Assembly (NCBI GenBank): GCA_036514715.1
Contig: DATBWR010000016.1
Location: 42,368-106,367 of the forward strand
Direction of reading: 5' to 3'
Length of the DNA: 64,000 bases
From: Candidatus Nanoarchaeia archaeon
GTDB lineage: Bacteria > Patescibacteriota > Microgenomatia > Woykebacterales > RBG-16-39-9b
Within the stretch, counting starts at the first letter, position 1; every line of letters begins with the position of its first letter. A program made the position numbers and the translations under genes. Positions 29,214 through 40,034 of this stretch are shown here, piece by piece. The notes below the pieces were generated by a model. It was not told the origin of the DNA and did no database searches. It saw nothing but the letters and a program-made list of their open reading frames with translations.

Positions 29214-30622
29214 TGAACAAAACATTCTTTGTAACGACGCCCATCTATTACATAAACGACGTGCCTCACGTTGGCCATGCGTATGCTACTTTCGCGGCTG
29301 ATATTCTTGCTCGTTACCACAAACTGCTTGGCGAAAAAACTTTACTTTTAACCGGGAGTGATGAGAACTCTCAGAAAACGGTCGAAGCAGCAACAAAGAA
29401 AAACTTGCCGGTGGAAAAATACGCCGCTGAAATGGCTAAAACTTGGCAGGAAACTTGGAAAAAACTGGGCATTGCTGATGGGGGGTTTGGTTTTGTTAGA
29501 ACCACAAGTGCCAAGCACGAAAAGTTCGTCCAAGATATTTTCAAAAAGCTTTACGAGAAAAAGTTAATCTATAAAGGCGTTTATAAGGGTCTGTATTGCG
29601 TTGGCCATGAAGCTTTTATTCAAGCAGGTGATTTAGACGAAAAAGGCCTTTGCCCAGATCACAAAACTAAACCTCAGGACCTCGAGGAAAAAAACTATTT
29701 TTTCAAGCTAAGTGGTTTTGAAGAAAAGCTAAAGGAGCTCTTCGCGAAAAACTCTAACTTTGTGCAGCCGGAGGAGCGCCGTAACGAAATTCTCTCCTTT
29801 ATTAACAGTGGTTTAGAAGATATTTCCATTTCCCGCGAAAACGCCAAGTGGGGAATTAAAGTTCCTTTTGACCCGAACCACCGTATTTACGTTTGGTTTG
29901 ACGCCCTTTTAAGTTACTATTCGGAAACTCCGAAAGAGTTTTGGAAGACAGGGGCGGATTTGCATATTATCGGCAAGGATATTTTGCGTTTTCACGCAGT
30001 AATTTGGCCGGCAATGCTCTGGGCAGCTGATTTACCTCTGCCCAAGCTGATCTTCGCCCACGGGTTTTTTACTATTAATGGGCAAAAAATTTCCAAGTCT
30101 TTGGGCAACGCTATTGACCCAATTGCCATCGCCCAAGAATATGGAACTGACGCCTTGCGTTATTTTCTCTTTAAAGAAATTCCTTTTGGCTCTGATGGAG
30201 ATTTTTCTTTTGAAAAACTTAAAGAAGTTTATAATGCTGACCTTGCCAACGGTTTAGGTAATTTAATTGCTCGGGTGGCAAAACTAGCTGAAAGCTTAGA
30301 TCTTGAAGCTTCTATAGCTGAGAGTAAGCCTCAACTTGACATACCTGTAGGCTTTGCCTTAGAAACTTTAGAATTCCAAAAAGCGCTTAACTATATCTGG
30401 GATAAGATAAAGGCCACTGATAAAAAAATTGAAGAAACCCGGCCCTGGGAATTGGTCAAAAACGATCCTGATAAAGCTAAAAGTGTGGTTGAGAATTTAC
30501 TCCGCCAAATTGATGAAATTCAAGAACTCTTGTTACCTTTTTTACCAGAAACTGCTGAAAAAATCGCTAAACAATTCACGGGAAAAATCAAGGCTGGTGA
30601 ACCTCTCTTCCCACGCAAATAA
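29213..30622 (+). CDS. metG: Methionine--tRNA ligase (short form)
   Basis: TTPIYYIN..PHVGH, YVWFDAL, GKDILRFH, KISKS. Confidence 0.96.
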   Translation: MNKTFFVTTPIYYINDVPHVGHAYATFAADILARYHKLLGEKTLLLTGSDENSQKTVEAATKKNLPVEKYAAEMAKTWQETWKKLGIADGGFGFVRTTSAKHEKFVQDIFKKLYEKKLIYKGVYKGLYCVGHEAFIQAGDLDEKGLCPDHKTKPQDLEEKNYFFKLSGFEEKLKELFAKNSNFVQPEERRNEILSFINSGLEDISISRENAKWGIKVPFDPNHRIYVWFDALLSYYSETPKEFWKTGADLHIIGKDILRFHAVIWPAMLWAADLPLPKLIFAHGFFTINGQKISKSLGNAIDPIAIAQEYGTDALRYFLFKEIPFGSDGDFSFEKLKEVYNADLANGLGNLIARVAKLAESLDLEASIAESKPQLDIPVGFALETLEFQKALNYIWDKIKATDKKIEETRPWELVKNDPDKAKSVVENLLRQIDEIQELLLPFLPETAEKIAKQFTGKIKAGEPLFPRK

Positions 30623-30625
30623 CCC

Positions 30626-31396
30626 ATGAAGTTAATTGATACCCACGCTCATTTGCAGTTTGCGAAATTTAACGAAGACCGCGAGGAGGTGGTTAAACGT
30701 ACTTCGCAAGAGTTGGAGGCAATTATTATGCCGGGGGCTAAAATCGACTCATCCGAAGCTAGCGTAAAACTTGCTCAGCAAGTTCCCAATTTCTACGCTG
30801 CGGTCGGGGTACACCCGCATCATGCCGGAGAATGGCAAGAAAACTGGAGTAAGAAGTTGGGAAGTTTAATTACTGAGGATAAGGTCGTTGCTGTTGGTGA
30901 GGTTGGTCTTGATAATTATCGGTACAAAGACTACCCGACGCCAGATTTAAAAAACCAGCTCGAAATTCTAATTCCGCAAATAGAACTAGCGCGAGCCCAT
31001 AACAAACCTATTCTCTTTCACTGCCGGCAGGCTTATGATGAGTTGTACGAAGCGATTGAAAGATACCAACCGCTAACTGGTCTTGTTCACTGTTTTATGG
31101 GCGATAAGACCGTTGCTAAAAAGTTCGTTGATCTTGGGCTTTATATCTCGTTTGCCGGAAACTTAACCTACCCTCAAAACGATCATATGAGGGAAGCAGC
31201 TGCCTTTTTACCGGAGGATAAAATTGTAATTGAAACTGACTCGCCTTACCTAGCACCAGAGGGGTTGCGTGGTCAGAGAAACGAGCCAGTAAATGTCCAC
31301 TTTGTAGCGGAGATAATTGCGCGAGTGAAAAAAATAGATTTGGAAAAAGTAGCTCTCTTCACAGTAACAAACTCTAAAAAGCTTTTTAAAATTTAA
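30626..31396 (+). CDS. tatD: TatD-family DNase
   Basis: DTHAH, GVHPH, GEVGLD, ETDSPYL. Confidence 0.93.
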   Translation: MKLIDTHAHLQFAKFNEDREEVVKRTSQELEAIIMPGAKIDSSEASVKLAQQVPNFYAAVGVHPHHAGEWQENWSKKLGSLITEDKVVAVGEVGLDNYRYKDYPTPDLKNQLEILIPQIELARAHNKPILFHCRQAYDELYEAIERYQPLTGLVHCFMGDKTVAKKFVDLGLYISFAGNLTYPQNDHMREAAAFLPEDKIVIETDSPYLAPEGLRGQRNEPVNVHFVAEIIARVKKIDLEKVALFTVTNSKKLFKI

Positions 31397-31402
31397 TTAA
31401 AC

Positions 31403-32881
31403 ATGAGTGGAAAATCTATTGGCCGGCTAACTGAAATACTAACTACCTTAATTTCTTGGACTTTGCTAACTTCGCCTTTCTGGGCCTCATTCTTCATTCC
31501 AACCCCAGTGGTTTATTTTATTTTCATTTTCGATCTTTATTTTCTTTACAAAGCAGCTAGTTTAGGGGTTAACTCAGTTCGTTCCTACTTACGGCTGAAA
31601 AAATCCTCAACGACTAATTGGTTAGAAAAAATGAAGGCGGAGAACTTAGACTACTCTAAAATTTTGCATGTAGTTTTCATTCCTACTTACAAAGAACCAC
31701 TGGAAATTTTAGAGAGAACTTTGTCGTTTTTAAGCAGTCAAGAGTTTCCTACTCAACAAATCTTAGTAGTTTTAGCTGGGGAGACCAGAGAAGAAGCCTT
31801 CCCCCAAAAAGCCTCTATTTTGGAAGCAAAGTTTAAAGGTGCTTTTTTTGATTTTGTGGCTACAAAGCATGCTCTAAAAGAAGGGGAAGTGGCGGGTAAA
31901 TCTTCCAACCTCCGCTACTCATCCCTACAAATTAAGAAGCTAATTGAAAAGAGAAAACTTCGAAAAGAGTCTCTTACAGTCACCTCTTGCGATGCCGATA
32001 TTTCTATCCACCCAAAATACTTTTCCAACCTAACTTATCTTTTCTTAAAGAACCCAAACCGTTACGAGCGGTTCTGGCAAGGGGCAGTGGTTTTCTACAA
32101 CAATATTTGGAGAGTGCCCCTACCGGTTAGAGTAGTCCACACTATCTACTCAATGGTGGGTATAGCAGAGTTAATGCGTGCACGCTCTAATTTCATTTAT
32201 TCCAGCTATTCAGCTAGTTGGAACTTGATCGAAAAAACTGGTTTCTGGGACCCGGATGTAATCGCCGAAGATTGGCACCTTTTCTTTAAAGCTTTCTTTG
32301 CAACGGGCGGCTCAGTAGAACTGGAAGCAATTTTTCTTCCACTTTTTGGCGATGCGGTTGAAGGCCAAAGCTATTGGGCTTCCTTAACAGCCCAGTATCA
32401 ACAAAACCGACGTTGGGCTTGGGGAGTGGTAGATATTGGTTACGCAGCCCGCGAATTTCTTAAACATCGTCGAGAAGTCTCTATACCCAACTTTATTCTC
32501 CGCTTCGTCCGGGCCCTTGAACAACACCTGCTATGGCCGGTTAATTGGTGGATTATCACTCTTGGGGCTACTTTACCACCATTGTTAAACCCTGCTTTCC
32601 GCTACACTGCAGAAGGCTACTACTTACCGAAATTGTCTGGTTTAATATTGACCGGAAGTACGGTCTTTATTCTCTTTATTATTATCGTTGACTGGCTTCT
32701 GCGTCCACCCCGACCAAGTGGCGTAAGGAAGCGAGCTACTCTTTTCACCATTATTCAATACTTAATGCTACCAATTACCGGCTTCCTTTTTGGCGCCCTA
32801 CCTGGGATGGACGCTCATACCAGACTTCTTTTGGGCAAAAGGTTGGATTATAAGGTTACAGAAAAGATTGTTAAAAACTAA
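31403..32881 (+). CDS. Processive GT2 glycosyltransferase, membrane-embedded
   Basis: IPTYKE, DAD, AED, QNRRW motifs and flanking TMs. Confidence 0.88.
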   Translation: MSGKSIGRLTEILTTLISWTLLTSPFWASFFIPTPVVYFIFIFDLYFLYKAASLGVNSVRSYLRLKKSSTTNWLEKMKAENLDYSKILHVVFIPTYKEPLEILERTLSFLSSQEFPTQQILVVLAGETREEAFPQKASILEAKFKGAFFDFVATKHALKEGEVAGKSSNLRYSSLQIKKLIEKRKLRKESLTVTSCDADISIHPKYFSNLTYLFLKNPNRYERFWQGAVVFYNNIWRVPLPVRVVHTIYSMVGIAELMRARSNFIYSSYSASWNLIEKTGFWDPDVIAEDWHLFFKAFFATGGSVELEAIFLPLFGDAVEGQSYWASLTAQYQQNRRWAWGVVDIGYAAREFLKHRREVSIPNFILRFVRALEQHLLWPVNWWIITLGATLPPLLNPAFRYTAEGYYLPKLSGLILTGSTVFILFIIIVDWLLRPPRPSGVRKRATLFTIIQYLMLPITGFLFGALPGMDAHTRLLLGKRLDYKVTEKIVKN

Positions 32882-33044
32882 TATTGTCTGCAACCTTGCG
32901 TTCTCTGAACTTAAAGTCACTGAGAAAAGAGTAAGGGAGATCGAGTGACTTTGGTCTTAAATAATCTTTAGCAAAGGCTAGCAAACAGGTTGCAATGGTG
33001 TATAATCGCTTCGTTCCCTGCCTACCTTAATTAGAACTTGTAAA

Positions 33045-33386
33045 ATGGTTACCTTTAGGTGGTTAAACCCGATTGATTTTCTCGCCGCTCTAATCAACTT
33101 AGTAGTCTTGGGCGTCAGTGTTGTTTTATTGTTAACTCACCAAAACTTACCTTCCTTAGTTCCTCTGTGGTTTTCAAAAGTTTGGGGGCAAGAGCGTCTA
33201 TCAGAACCGGTTAATCTCTGGCTGATCCCAGGGCTAATACTGGCTTTCTTTGTGATCAGCAATGTTTTTGGTAAGGCACTTGGTGCAAACTACCCAGTTC
33301 TTGCCAAAATTTTTGTTTGGTCGTCAGCTTTCATCTCAATTGTGTTTTTACTTGCGCTCTACAAAATTATCTTAATCGTTATTTAG
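33045..33386 (+). CDS. Membrane protein (DUF1648-like)
   Basis: LP..VPLWFS motif; 3 TM. Confidence 0.7.
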   Translation: MVTFRWLNPIDFLAALINLVVLGVSVVLLLTHQNLPSLVPLWFSKVWGQERLSEPVNLWLIPGLILAFFVISNVFGKALGANYPVLAKIFVWSSAFISIVFLLALYKIILIVI

Positions 33387-34505
33387 ATGGAAACTTGGCT
33401 TGCAGGAACAGTAGCCTTCGCAGTCACAATTTTGTTAACCCCGTTAGTGATAGGTTTAGCTTACCGCTTTAACTTTCTGGATTTACCGACCCGCAAACAT
33501 CCGGCTATTCTCCATACTAAACCAACACCACGAGGGGGAGGGGTAGCACCACTGCTTGGTTTCACCCTGGCTTTATCCCTTATTGCCTTAATTAGCCCAA
33601 CCTTTTTCTTAAGTAAGGCTACTGTTGGTATAATTATTGCCGCCATTTTTCTAGTTTTTATTGGAGTTTTGGATGATAAATACGATCTCCACCCCTATTT
33701 TCGTTTAGTCACAAATTTGGTTGCGGTTGCGATCGTGGTTGCCGCTGGTATTGGGATAACTTCCTTCACTAACCCTTTTGGAGGGCAAGTAATGCTGGAT
33801 AGTTTTATTTACACTATTAACCTGCCTAGCCTTTTCGGATTTCTGGCCGGCCCTCACACAATTGTCTTATTAGCCGATCTTGTAGCTTTTATCTGGATCG
33901 TGTGGGTAATGAATGCGGTTAACTGGTCCAGCGGGGTAGATGGACAACTTTCCGGGATTGCGGCAATTGCTTTAGCTGTTCTGGGGGTAGCCGCTTTGCA
34001 ACTCTCCCTCAGAGATCCTGCGCAAACCTTTGTAGCCATCATCGCTTTTGCTGCAGCTGGAGCATATCTGGGTTTCTTACCTTGGAGTTTCTTCCCGCAA
34101 AAAATTATGCCTGGGTATGGTGGGGCAACTTTGGCTGGTTTTTTGATCGCAGTTTTAGCAATCCTTTCTGGAGCAAAGCTAGCGACTGCCTTGCTTGTTC
34201 TACTTATTCCTTTGGTTGATAGTCTTTGGACTGTAGTCCGGCGACTAGCCTCCAAGCGCTCGCCGGTTTGGGGAGACCGACTTCATCTTCACCACCAACT
34301 TTTAAAGATGGGCTGGTCTGTACCTAAAATTTGTCTTTTCTATTACTCAATCGGACTAATCTTAGGAATTTTAGCCTTGGGTTTTGACACCCAGGAGAAG
34401 TTTTTTGCTCTCAGCGTGTTGGGCGTGCTAATCTTTTCGTTACTCTTCACAGGTTTTATGGTTCTTAGAAAAATTGGTCTTGGCGGTAATGAAAATAATA
34501 ACTAA
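33387..34505 (+). CDS. WecA/TagO (MraY-like) polyprenyl-phosphate HexNAc-1-P transferase
   Basis: H..PTPRGGG, GVLDD, NAVN..GVDG, D..HLHH. Confidence 0.9.
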   Translation: METWLAGTVAFAVTILLTPLVIGLAYRFNFLDLPTRKHPAILHTKPTPRGGGVAPLLGFTLALSLIALISPTFFLSKATVGIIIAAIFLVFIGVLDDKYDLHPYFRLVTNLVAVAIVVAAGIGITSFTNPFGGQVMLDSFIYTINLPSLFGFLAGPHTIVLLADLVAFIWIVWVMNAVNWSSGVDGQLSGIAAIALAVLGVAALQLSLRDPAQTFVAIIAFAAAGAYLGFLPWSFFPQKIMPGYGGATLAGFLIAVLAILSGAKLATALLVLLIPLVDSLWTVVRRLASKRSPVWGDRLHLHHQLLKMGWSVPKICLFYYSIGLILGILALGFDTQEKFFALSVLGVLIFSLLFTGFMVLRKIGLGGNENNN

Positions 34506-35415
34506 AATTTACTATCTGCTTATTTCTCTTCGGCCGCGTCAATGGTTAAAAAACTTGGCTGTTTTCACCGCAATCTTCTTTGGCGGCCGGTTTTTGGAAG
34601 GCGACTCCTTTCTTAAAGTGTCTTCTGTTTTCTTGATTTTTTGTGCCTTATCTTCGAGTATGTACCTTCTCAATGACGTTATTGATATCAAGGCCGATCG
34701 AGTTCATTTTTCCAAAAAGGAACGTCCGCTTGCCAAAGGTTTGTTGCCAAAAAATCTGGCTCTTGTTACAAGCCTTGTCTTGTCGGTACTAGGACTAGCC
34801 TGGTCATATCTAATCTCTGACCTGGTTTTACTTACTAGCGTTACTTTTGTTGTAGTTCAAGCCTCTTACAGTTTGTTCCTTAAACAAGTCATTATTTTGG
34901 ATATCTTAGCTATTGCGCTTACTTTTTTACTGCGGGTTTTCGCCGGGTCCTTTGCTATTGAAGAGCCTCTTTCCTCCTGGCTAATTTTAACTATTATGAT
35001 GCTTGCAATTTTCTTAGCCGTTGGTAAAAGACGTAGTGAACTTACCCTGATGAGTTATCAACAAGCAGTTGAACATCGTCATATTTTATCCCATTATCCA
35101 GTCGGCTTCCTGGACGGAATAACCTTTATGATGGGTGCAGCAAGCCTTCTTACCTACAGCTTATTCAGTTTTAATTCCGGCAAATCGCTCTCTCTAATTA
35201 GCGATTATCTACCAATTACTCTAACTAACTCACGATGGCTAATGCTAACCATACCGCTCGTAATTTATGGGATTTTTCGCTACCTCTACCTTGTCTTTGA
35301 AAAGAAAGAGGGGGAATCTCCGGAAAAGGTCTTGCTCTCCGACTTTCCCTTATTTTTGGCCGTTGGCCTTTGGGTTTTAGCTGTCTTTGTTATCGTTTAC
35401 GTTTTTAATGCCTAA
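34489..35415 (+). CDS. UbiA-family decaprenyl-phosphate phosphoribosyltransferase-like protein
   Basis: RPRQWLKN, Y.LNDVIDI.AD..H..K..RPLA.G, KRRSEL, GESPE. Confidence 0.88.
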   Translation: MKIITKIYYLLISLRPRQWLKNLAVFTAIFFGGRFLEGDSFLKVSSVFLIFCALSSSMYLLNDVIDIKADRVHFSKKERPLAKGLLPKNLALVTSLVLSVLGLAWSYLISDLVLLTSVTFVVVQASYSLFLKQVIILDILAIALTFLLRVFAGSFAIEEPLSSWLILTIMMLAIFLAVGKRRSELTLMSYQQAVEHRHILSHYPVGFLDGITFMMGAASLLTYSLFSFNSGKSLSLISDYLPITLTNSRWLMLTIPLVIYGIFRYLYLVFEKKEGESPEKVLLSDFPLFLAVGLWVLAVFVIVYVFNA

Positions 35416-35426
35416 AGGCAAAACTC

Positions 35427-36314
35427 ATGAAAAAACTGCTAATCTTCATATTAGCCTCTACCGCGCTAATTTTTGGCTTCTTCATTTTTAATGAATGGGT
35501 TTCGCCCCTTCTAAAACCTGCTACCGGCCGCTTAAGTGTGGACGTTGCCAACCAAAAAGCTAAGGTTTTCCTTGATAACAATTTTCTCGGCACCACTCCT
35601 TTCTATGCCGCTAATTTAAGGCTTGGGGATTATGTTATCGAAGTTGATCCTGAAAGCTCAGGGCAATGGCGCTGGAAGGCTAACCTCGTTTTAACTGACT
35701 CTACCTTAAGTGTGGTTGATATAGATCTAGCTAGCAGTCAACTTTTCTCAAGCGGAGAGAGTATGTACTTTCGGTCAGGCGAAAAAGGCATTTCAGTTAT
35801 AGTAAGACCTACAGATGCTTTTGTAGCAATTGACAGCCAAAACGAAGTCAAAACCCCAGTCAATAAGAACTTGGAGAAAGGTGTGCACACCTTAACGGTG
35901 AGAAAAGAAGGCTACTTAACGCGCGACATAGCCGTAAATATTGAGGAAGGTTTCAAGCTAAATGTGATCGTTTATTTGGCTGCTGATCCTTTTAAGGGGC
36001 TGACAAAAATAGACAACGGTGCTAAAGCTTCTCTTTTCACTCTTTACAATTCCGAGGTGGATTTATCCAAATCTTACGAGGATTGGGCGGCCGGTATCAA
36101 ACACCTTCAGGAGAATTTTTCCGGAGCACAAACTAGATTTGATACTCTTTTAGATCCAAACGGAAAAGTTTATATCTTGGACCAAACCGAGTGGAACAAC
36201 AAGGTAGCATTAAAAACCGTAGTTAACGCAGCCTACTTGGGTAAAAAAGAGAACGATACTTTAACTGATAAAGCCAAAATCGAGTGGGAGAAACTAAAAA
36301 AATTGTTCAATTAA
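35427..36314 (+). CDS. PEGA-domain protein
   Basis: N-terminal TM; V.LD...LGTTP and G.HTLTVRKEGY repeats. Confidence 0.8.
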   Translation: MKKLLIFILASTALIFGFFIFNEWVSPLLKPATGRLSVDVANQKAKVFLDNNFLGTTPFYAANLRLGDYVIEVDPESSGQWRWKANLVLTDSTLSVVDIDLASSQLFSSGESMYFRSGEKGISVIVRPTDAFVAIDSQNEVKTPVNKNLEKGVHTLTVRKEGYLTRDIAVNIEEGFKLNVIVYLAADPFKGLTKIDNGAKASLFTLYNSEVDLSKSYEDWAAGIKHLQENFSGAQTRFDTLLDPNGKVYILDQTEWNNKVALKTVVNAAYLGKKENDTLTDKAKIEWEKLKKLFN

Positions 36315-36358
36315 CTTGTACCAATAGGTTTGTTGGTATATAATTTGCTGATCTCAAT

Positions 36359-36433
36359 GGCGCGATGGCGAAGTGGAAACGCTGGGGTCTGCAAAACCTC
36401 GATGCGCGGGTTCGATTCCCGCTCGCGCCTCCA
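36359..36433 (+). tRNA. tRNA-Cys (GCA), CCA encoded
   Basis: GGCGCGA/TCGCGCC acceptor stem, CTGCAAA anticodon loop, GGTTCGATTCC T-arm. Confidence 0.96.
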
Positions 36434-36528
36434 AGATATTTGACAGGCGGCCGATAGTTTGTTAAAATGTCTTCTTCCTTCCAAGATTGTGGAAGGATTT
36501 TTTTGTTCCCTGAATTTTTCAGGGACTT

Positions 36529-37191
36529 ATGTTGACCTTACAGAGGTTTGAACGTGCATCTTACAACTGGCCTCAAACTTTCAAGTTAAAACGTTTTACT
36601 CTAAAAACCCTTCGGGGTGTTTTTGCTGTGCTTAATTGGCAAAACAGACTCTCTTCGACCCGCGTTAAAATTTTAGCGTTCTTTCTCTCCCTTTTAACTT
36701 TTTTATTTATTAACCCCAGCATTGGTGCTCAAACTTATCTTTTGGAAAAGGTTATTCTGGAAAAGCCTAAAGCCTTCGTAACCATAGAGGATTCTGTTGG
36801 TAGCACTCAAGTACCCTCATTTACTAACCCGCTCCAAGGCTATATTTCAACCTATTTCTCAGCAAGACATCAGGGAATCGACATTCCAAACCCCTACGGG
36901 GCGGTGGTAAAACCAGTCGCCGAAGGTGTCGTGGTTTTTGCTGGTTGGTCAGCTCTTGGTTACGGAAAGTTAATTACTATCCGCCATGAGGGTGGTTTTG
37001 AATCACTTTATGCTCACCTTTCCAACATTGACGTCAAGCTTGGGCAAAAGGTCTCGCCTGAGTCGGTGATTGGTGAGGTTGGTGCCACTGGGGTGGCTAC
37101 TGGAACCCATCTTCACTTGGAAGTCCATTTTTATGGTCAGCCAATTGACCCTCTGACCTTCATTTCTCAAGAGAAGTTGTTTGGGGATTAA
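36529..37191 (+). CDS. M23 family metallopeptidase
   Basis: HQGID, YAHL, TG.ATGTHLHLE. Confidence 0.92.
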   Translation: MLTLQRFERASYNWPQTFKLKRFTLKTLRGVFAVLNWQNRLSSTRVKILAFFLSLLTFLFINPSIGAQTYLLEKVILEKPKAFVTIEDSVGSTQVPSFTNPLQGYISTYFSARHQGIDIPNPYGAVVKPVAEGVVVFAGWSALGYGKLITIRHEGGFESLYAHLSNIDVKLGQKVSPESVIGEVGATGVATGTHLHLEVHFYGQPIDPLTFISQEKLFGD

Positions 37192-37192
37192 G

Positions 37193-37912
37193 TTAAATAA
37201 ATTTTAGGATATTTGCTTTTTTCTCTAAGTTTTGGTACCAACTTTGAAACTTTTCGTTTAGTTTTTCGGAGCGCAACTGCTCTCTAAGGGCTTCGCGGTT
37301 TGGGCCTTTTCCATCTTCCGTTCCCGCAACGTTAGGATCGGAGGGGTTCTGGGCGATAAAATCGTCAACCTCTCCTTCTGATACTTTGATCTGATCCTCA
37401 AGCAGTTTTTCTACTAAAATTTGGGTTTTGATCTGAGTGCGGAAATCACTTTCAGCAATATTTCGGCTCCTTAAAGCTTCCTTAAGTTGCTCCTGGCCAC
37501 CAACTTGCCCCTCAACTTCTTTAATTCTCTTGTCAATCTCACTCTGACTAACGCGGAGGTTGTGGCGATTGGCCTCTTGGAAGATCAGTTTATCCCTAAT
37601 TATTTGGGTTAAAACTTCCTCTCCGTACTTAGTTTTGAGATTTTGGTAAAGTTCGAAAGTGGTAATTGGCTGACGATTGACCACCGCAGCCACGAACCAG
37701 TCTTTTTTTACAAAGGCTAGTACTCCAACCAATAAAATTACGCCTAAGACGATCAGATAACGGGAGTATTTCTGTTTGTTTGCCAAAAAATTGCTGCGCA
37801 GAGAATCGTAATACTTTTTTAAGTTTAGTTTTCGGCTGGTTTTTCTTCCTCGGGGCGTTCTGGCAGTGGTTTTCTTTATTTGGGAGGCGGCAGCTTTTTT
37901 AGTTCTCGGCAT
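37193..37912 (-). CDS. SurA/PrsA N-terminal-domain foldase-like protein
   Basis: Basic N-terminus, TM, AAVVN.QPIT, LIFQEA, W...L..KA.I. Confidence 0.8.
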   Translation of the reverse strand: MPRTKKAAASQIKKTTARTPRGRKTSRKLNLKKYYDSLRSNFLANKQKYSRYLIVLGVILLVGVLAFVKKDWFVAAVVNRQPITTFELYQNLKTKYGEEVLTQIIRDKLIFQEANRHNLRVSQSEIDKRIKEVEGQVGGQEQLKEALRSRNIAESDFRTQIKTQILVEKLLEDQIKVSEGEVDDFIAQNPSDPNVAGTEDGKGPNREALREQLRSEKLNEKFQSWYQNLEKKANILKFI

Positions 37913-38037
37913 ATACACTTTCAGGACTGTATCTTCTTAGAGTATGTTCTATTTTCTCAGAAGAAATCAAAAATACTTGGTTATTTTATCTCATCCTGTA
38001 AAGTTTTTTCAAGGGGTATTAAATCTTCTTCAAAAGT

Positions 38038-39672
38038 TTAATAACCCATACCTTCCATACCACCACCGGACATACCGCCGGCTACCGGTTTTTCCGGTTC
38101 GGGCTTGTCAGTCACCAAGGCTTCGGTAGTCAAAATCATCATAGCTACACTGGCAGCGTTCTGAACCGCACTTCTAGTAACCTTGACCGGATCAATAACC
38201 CCAGCTTTTACTAAATCTTCAAATTCGTCTGTCAGCACGTTGTATCCCCAGTTAACATCTTTTTTATCAGCTACCGTTCTTAGAACCCACCCACCATCTT
38301 GACCCGCATTTTCTGCCAGTTTCCTAATTGGTTCCTCCGTAGCTTTCTTAATTATTTCAACCCCAACTTGCTCGTCACCCTCTAATTTCAGCTTACCTAA
38401 CGCCTCCCTAGAAGCTCTAATCAAAGCAACTTCTCCGCCAGGTACAATTCCTTCTTCGATAGCTGCTTTAGTTGCTTGCACTGCGTCGTTAACTCGTTCT
38501 TTCTTCTCCTTCATTTCGATTTCAGTAGCAGCACCGACATTAATAACCGCAACACCACCGGAAAGTTTAGCTAAACGCTCCTGCAACTTTTCCCTGTCAA
38601 ATTCGCTGGTAGTTTTCTCAATTTGCGCTCTAATTTGGCTAATACGGGCGTCAATTTTGGATTTTGCGCCCTTGCCGCCAACAATAACTGTGTTGTCTTT
38701 ATCGCTAGTTAATCGGTCGGCTTTACCCAACATCTCGGGTGTTACTGATTCAAACTTAATCCCGGTATCCTCACTAACCAATTGCCCACCGGTAAGGACT
38801 GCAATATCCTCGAGCATTTCCTTGCGGCGATCACCAAATCCTGGAGCTTTAACTGCTAGGATGTTCATCGCCCCGCGCATTTTGTTAACCACTAAAGTTG
38901 CCAGAGCTTCACCCTCGACATCGTCAGCGATAATGACTAAGTCTTTCGTGGTCTGAACTAGTTTTTCAAGTAAGGGGAGTAGGTCACCAATAGCACTGAT
39001 CTTTTTATCAGTAATCAAAATATGAGGGTTCTCAATGGAAGATACCATCTTGGCTGTGTCAGTTACAAAATAAGGGGAGACATAGCCACGATCGAACTCC
39101 ATACCTTCTTTATATTCAACGTTTGTCTCTAGTCCTCTTGACTCCTCGACTGTGACAACACCGTCTTTTCCTACTTTATCCAAAGCCTCCGCGAGGATAC
39201 TACCGATAGTTTCATCTCCTGCTGAAATTGTTGCCACTTGGGCTGTCTCCTCTTTTGTCGAAATTTTCTTGGCCATTTTCTCTAGTTGGACCACAACAGC
39301 CGCTACACTCTTCTCGATACCTTTTCTAAGTATCATTGGGTTAACCCCTGATGTAATATTTTTTAGCCCCTGTTCGACAATTGCCTGAGCTAAAATTGTC
39401 GCTGTGGTGGTACCATCACCGGCAACGTCATTAGTCTTGTTAGCTGCTTCTTTAATTAACTGAGCGCCCATATTTTCAAAGGGGTCTTCCAGTTCAATTT
39501 CTTTAGCTACAGTAACTCCATCATGAACCACGCTTGGAGCTCCCCATTTTTTATCAATAGCTACGTTGCGGCCTTTAGGACCTAGGGTTGTTGCTACCGC
39601 CTCGGTGAGTTTATTAACACCGTCTAAAAGTTTTTTTCTGGCTTCTTCACTGTAAAGTAGTTGTTTTGACAT
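38038..39672 (-). CDS. groL: Chaperonin GroEL
   Basis: [21 protein letters not shown] tail. Confidence 0.99.
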   Translation of the reverse strand: MSKQLLYSEEARKKLLDGVNKLTEAVATTLGPKGRNVAIDKKWGAPSVVHDGVTVAKEIELEDPFENMGAQLIKEAANKTNDVAGDGTTTATILAQAIVEQGLKNITSGVNPMILRKGIEKSVAAVVVQLEKMAKKISTKEETAQVATISAGDETIGSILAEALDKVGKDGVVTVEESRGLETNVEYKEGMEFDRGYVSPYFVTDTAKMVSSIENPHILITDKKISAIGDLLPLLEKLVQTTKDLVIIADDVEGEALATLVVNKMRGAMNILAVKAPGFGDRRKEMLEDIAVLTGGQLVSEDTGIKFESVTPEMLGKADRLTSDKDNTVIVGGKGAKSKIDARISQIRAQIEKTTSEFDREKLQERLAKLSGGVAVINVGAATEIEMKEKKERVNDAVQATKAAIEEGIVPGGEVALIRASREALGKLKLEGDEQVGVEIIKKATEEPIRKLAENAGQDGGWVLRTVADKKDVNWGYNVLTDEFEDLVKAGVIDPVKVTRSAVQNAASVAMMILTTEALVTDKPEPEKPVAGGMSGGGMEGMGY

Positions 39673-39685
39673 AAAGCTCCCTTAA

Positions 39686-39982
39686 TTAGTCAATAATCGC
39701 CATGACGTCATCGAACTTCACTAATTTGTACTCCTCATCGTTAACTTTAAGCTCGTCACCGCCCCATTTTTTATAAATGACATTGTCTCCAATTTTAAAT
39801 TGAGCTTTTACCTCTTGACCATGATCGAAAGTAGAGGCGCCAACCGCGATCACTTGGCCACGGGCGGGCCGCTCTTGAGCGTTATCAGGTAAGTAAAGGC
39901 CGCTGGCAGTTTTTTCCGCTGCTTCTTCAGGGGCAAGTAGCGCGTAGCCTGCCATTGGTTTGATGTTGGGTTTTTTTGCCAT
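39686..39982 (-). CDS. groS: Co-chaperonin GroES
   Basis: TASGLYLP, G.VIAVG; adjacent to groL. Confidence 0.97.
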   Translation of the reverse strand: MAKKPNIKPMAGYALLAPEEAAEKTASGLYLPDNAQERPARGQVIAVGASTFDHGQEVKAQFKIGDNVIYKKWGGDELKVNDEEYKLVKFDDVMAIID

Positions 39983-40034
39983 TAATTTCTCCTCTTAATA
40001 TATCTATAGGTTGATCTAATTTAGCAAGTTAGAG

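Noticed and set aside
36359-36433. tRNA-Cys as an integration site
   Set aside because: No duplicated tRNA 3' end or integrase was noticed in the window.
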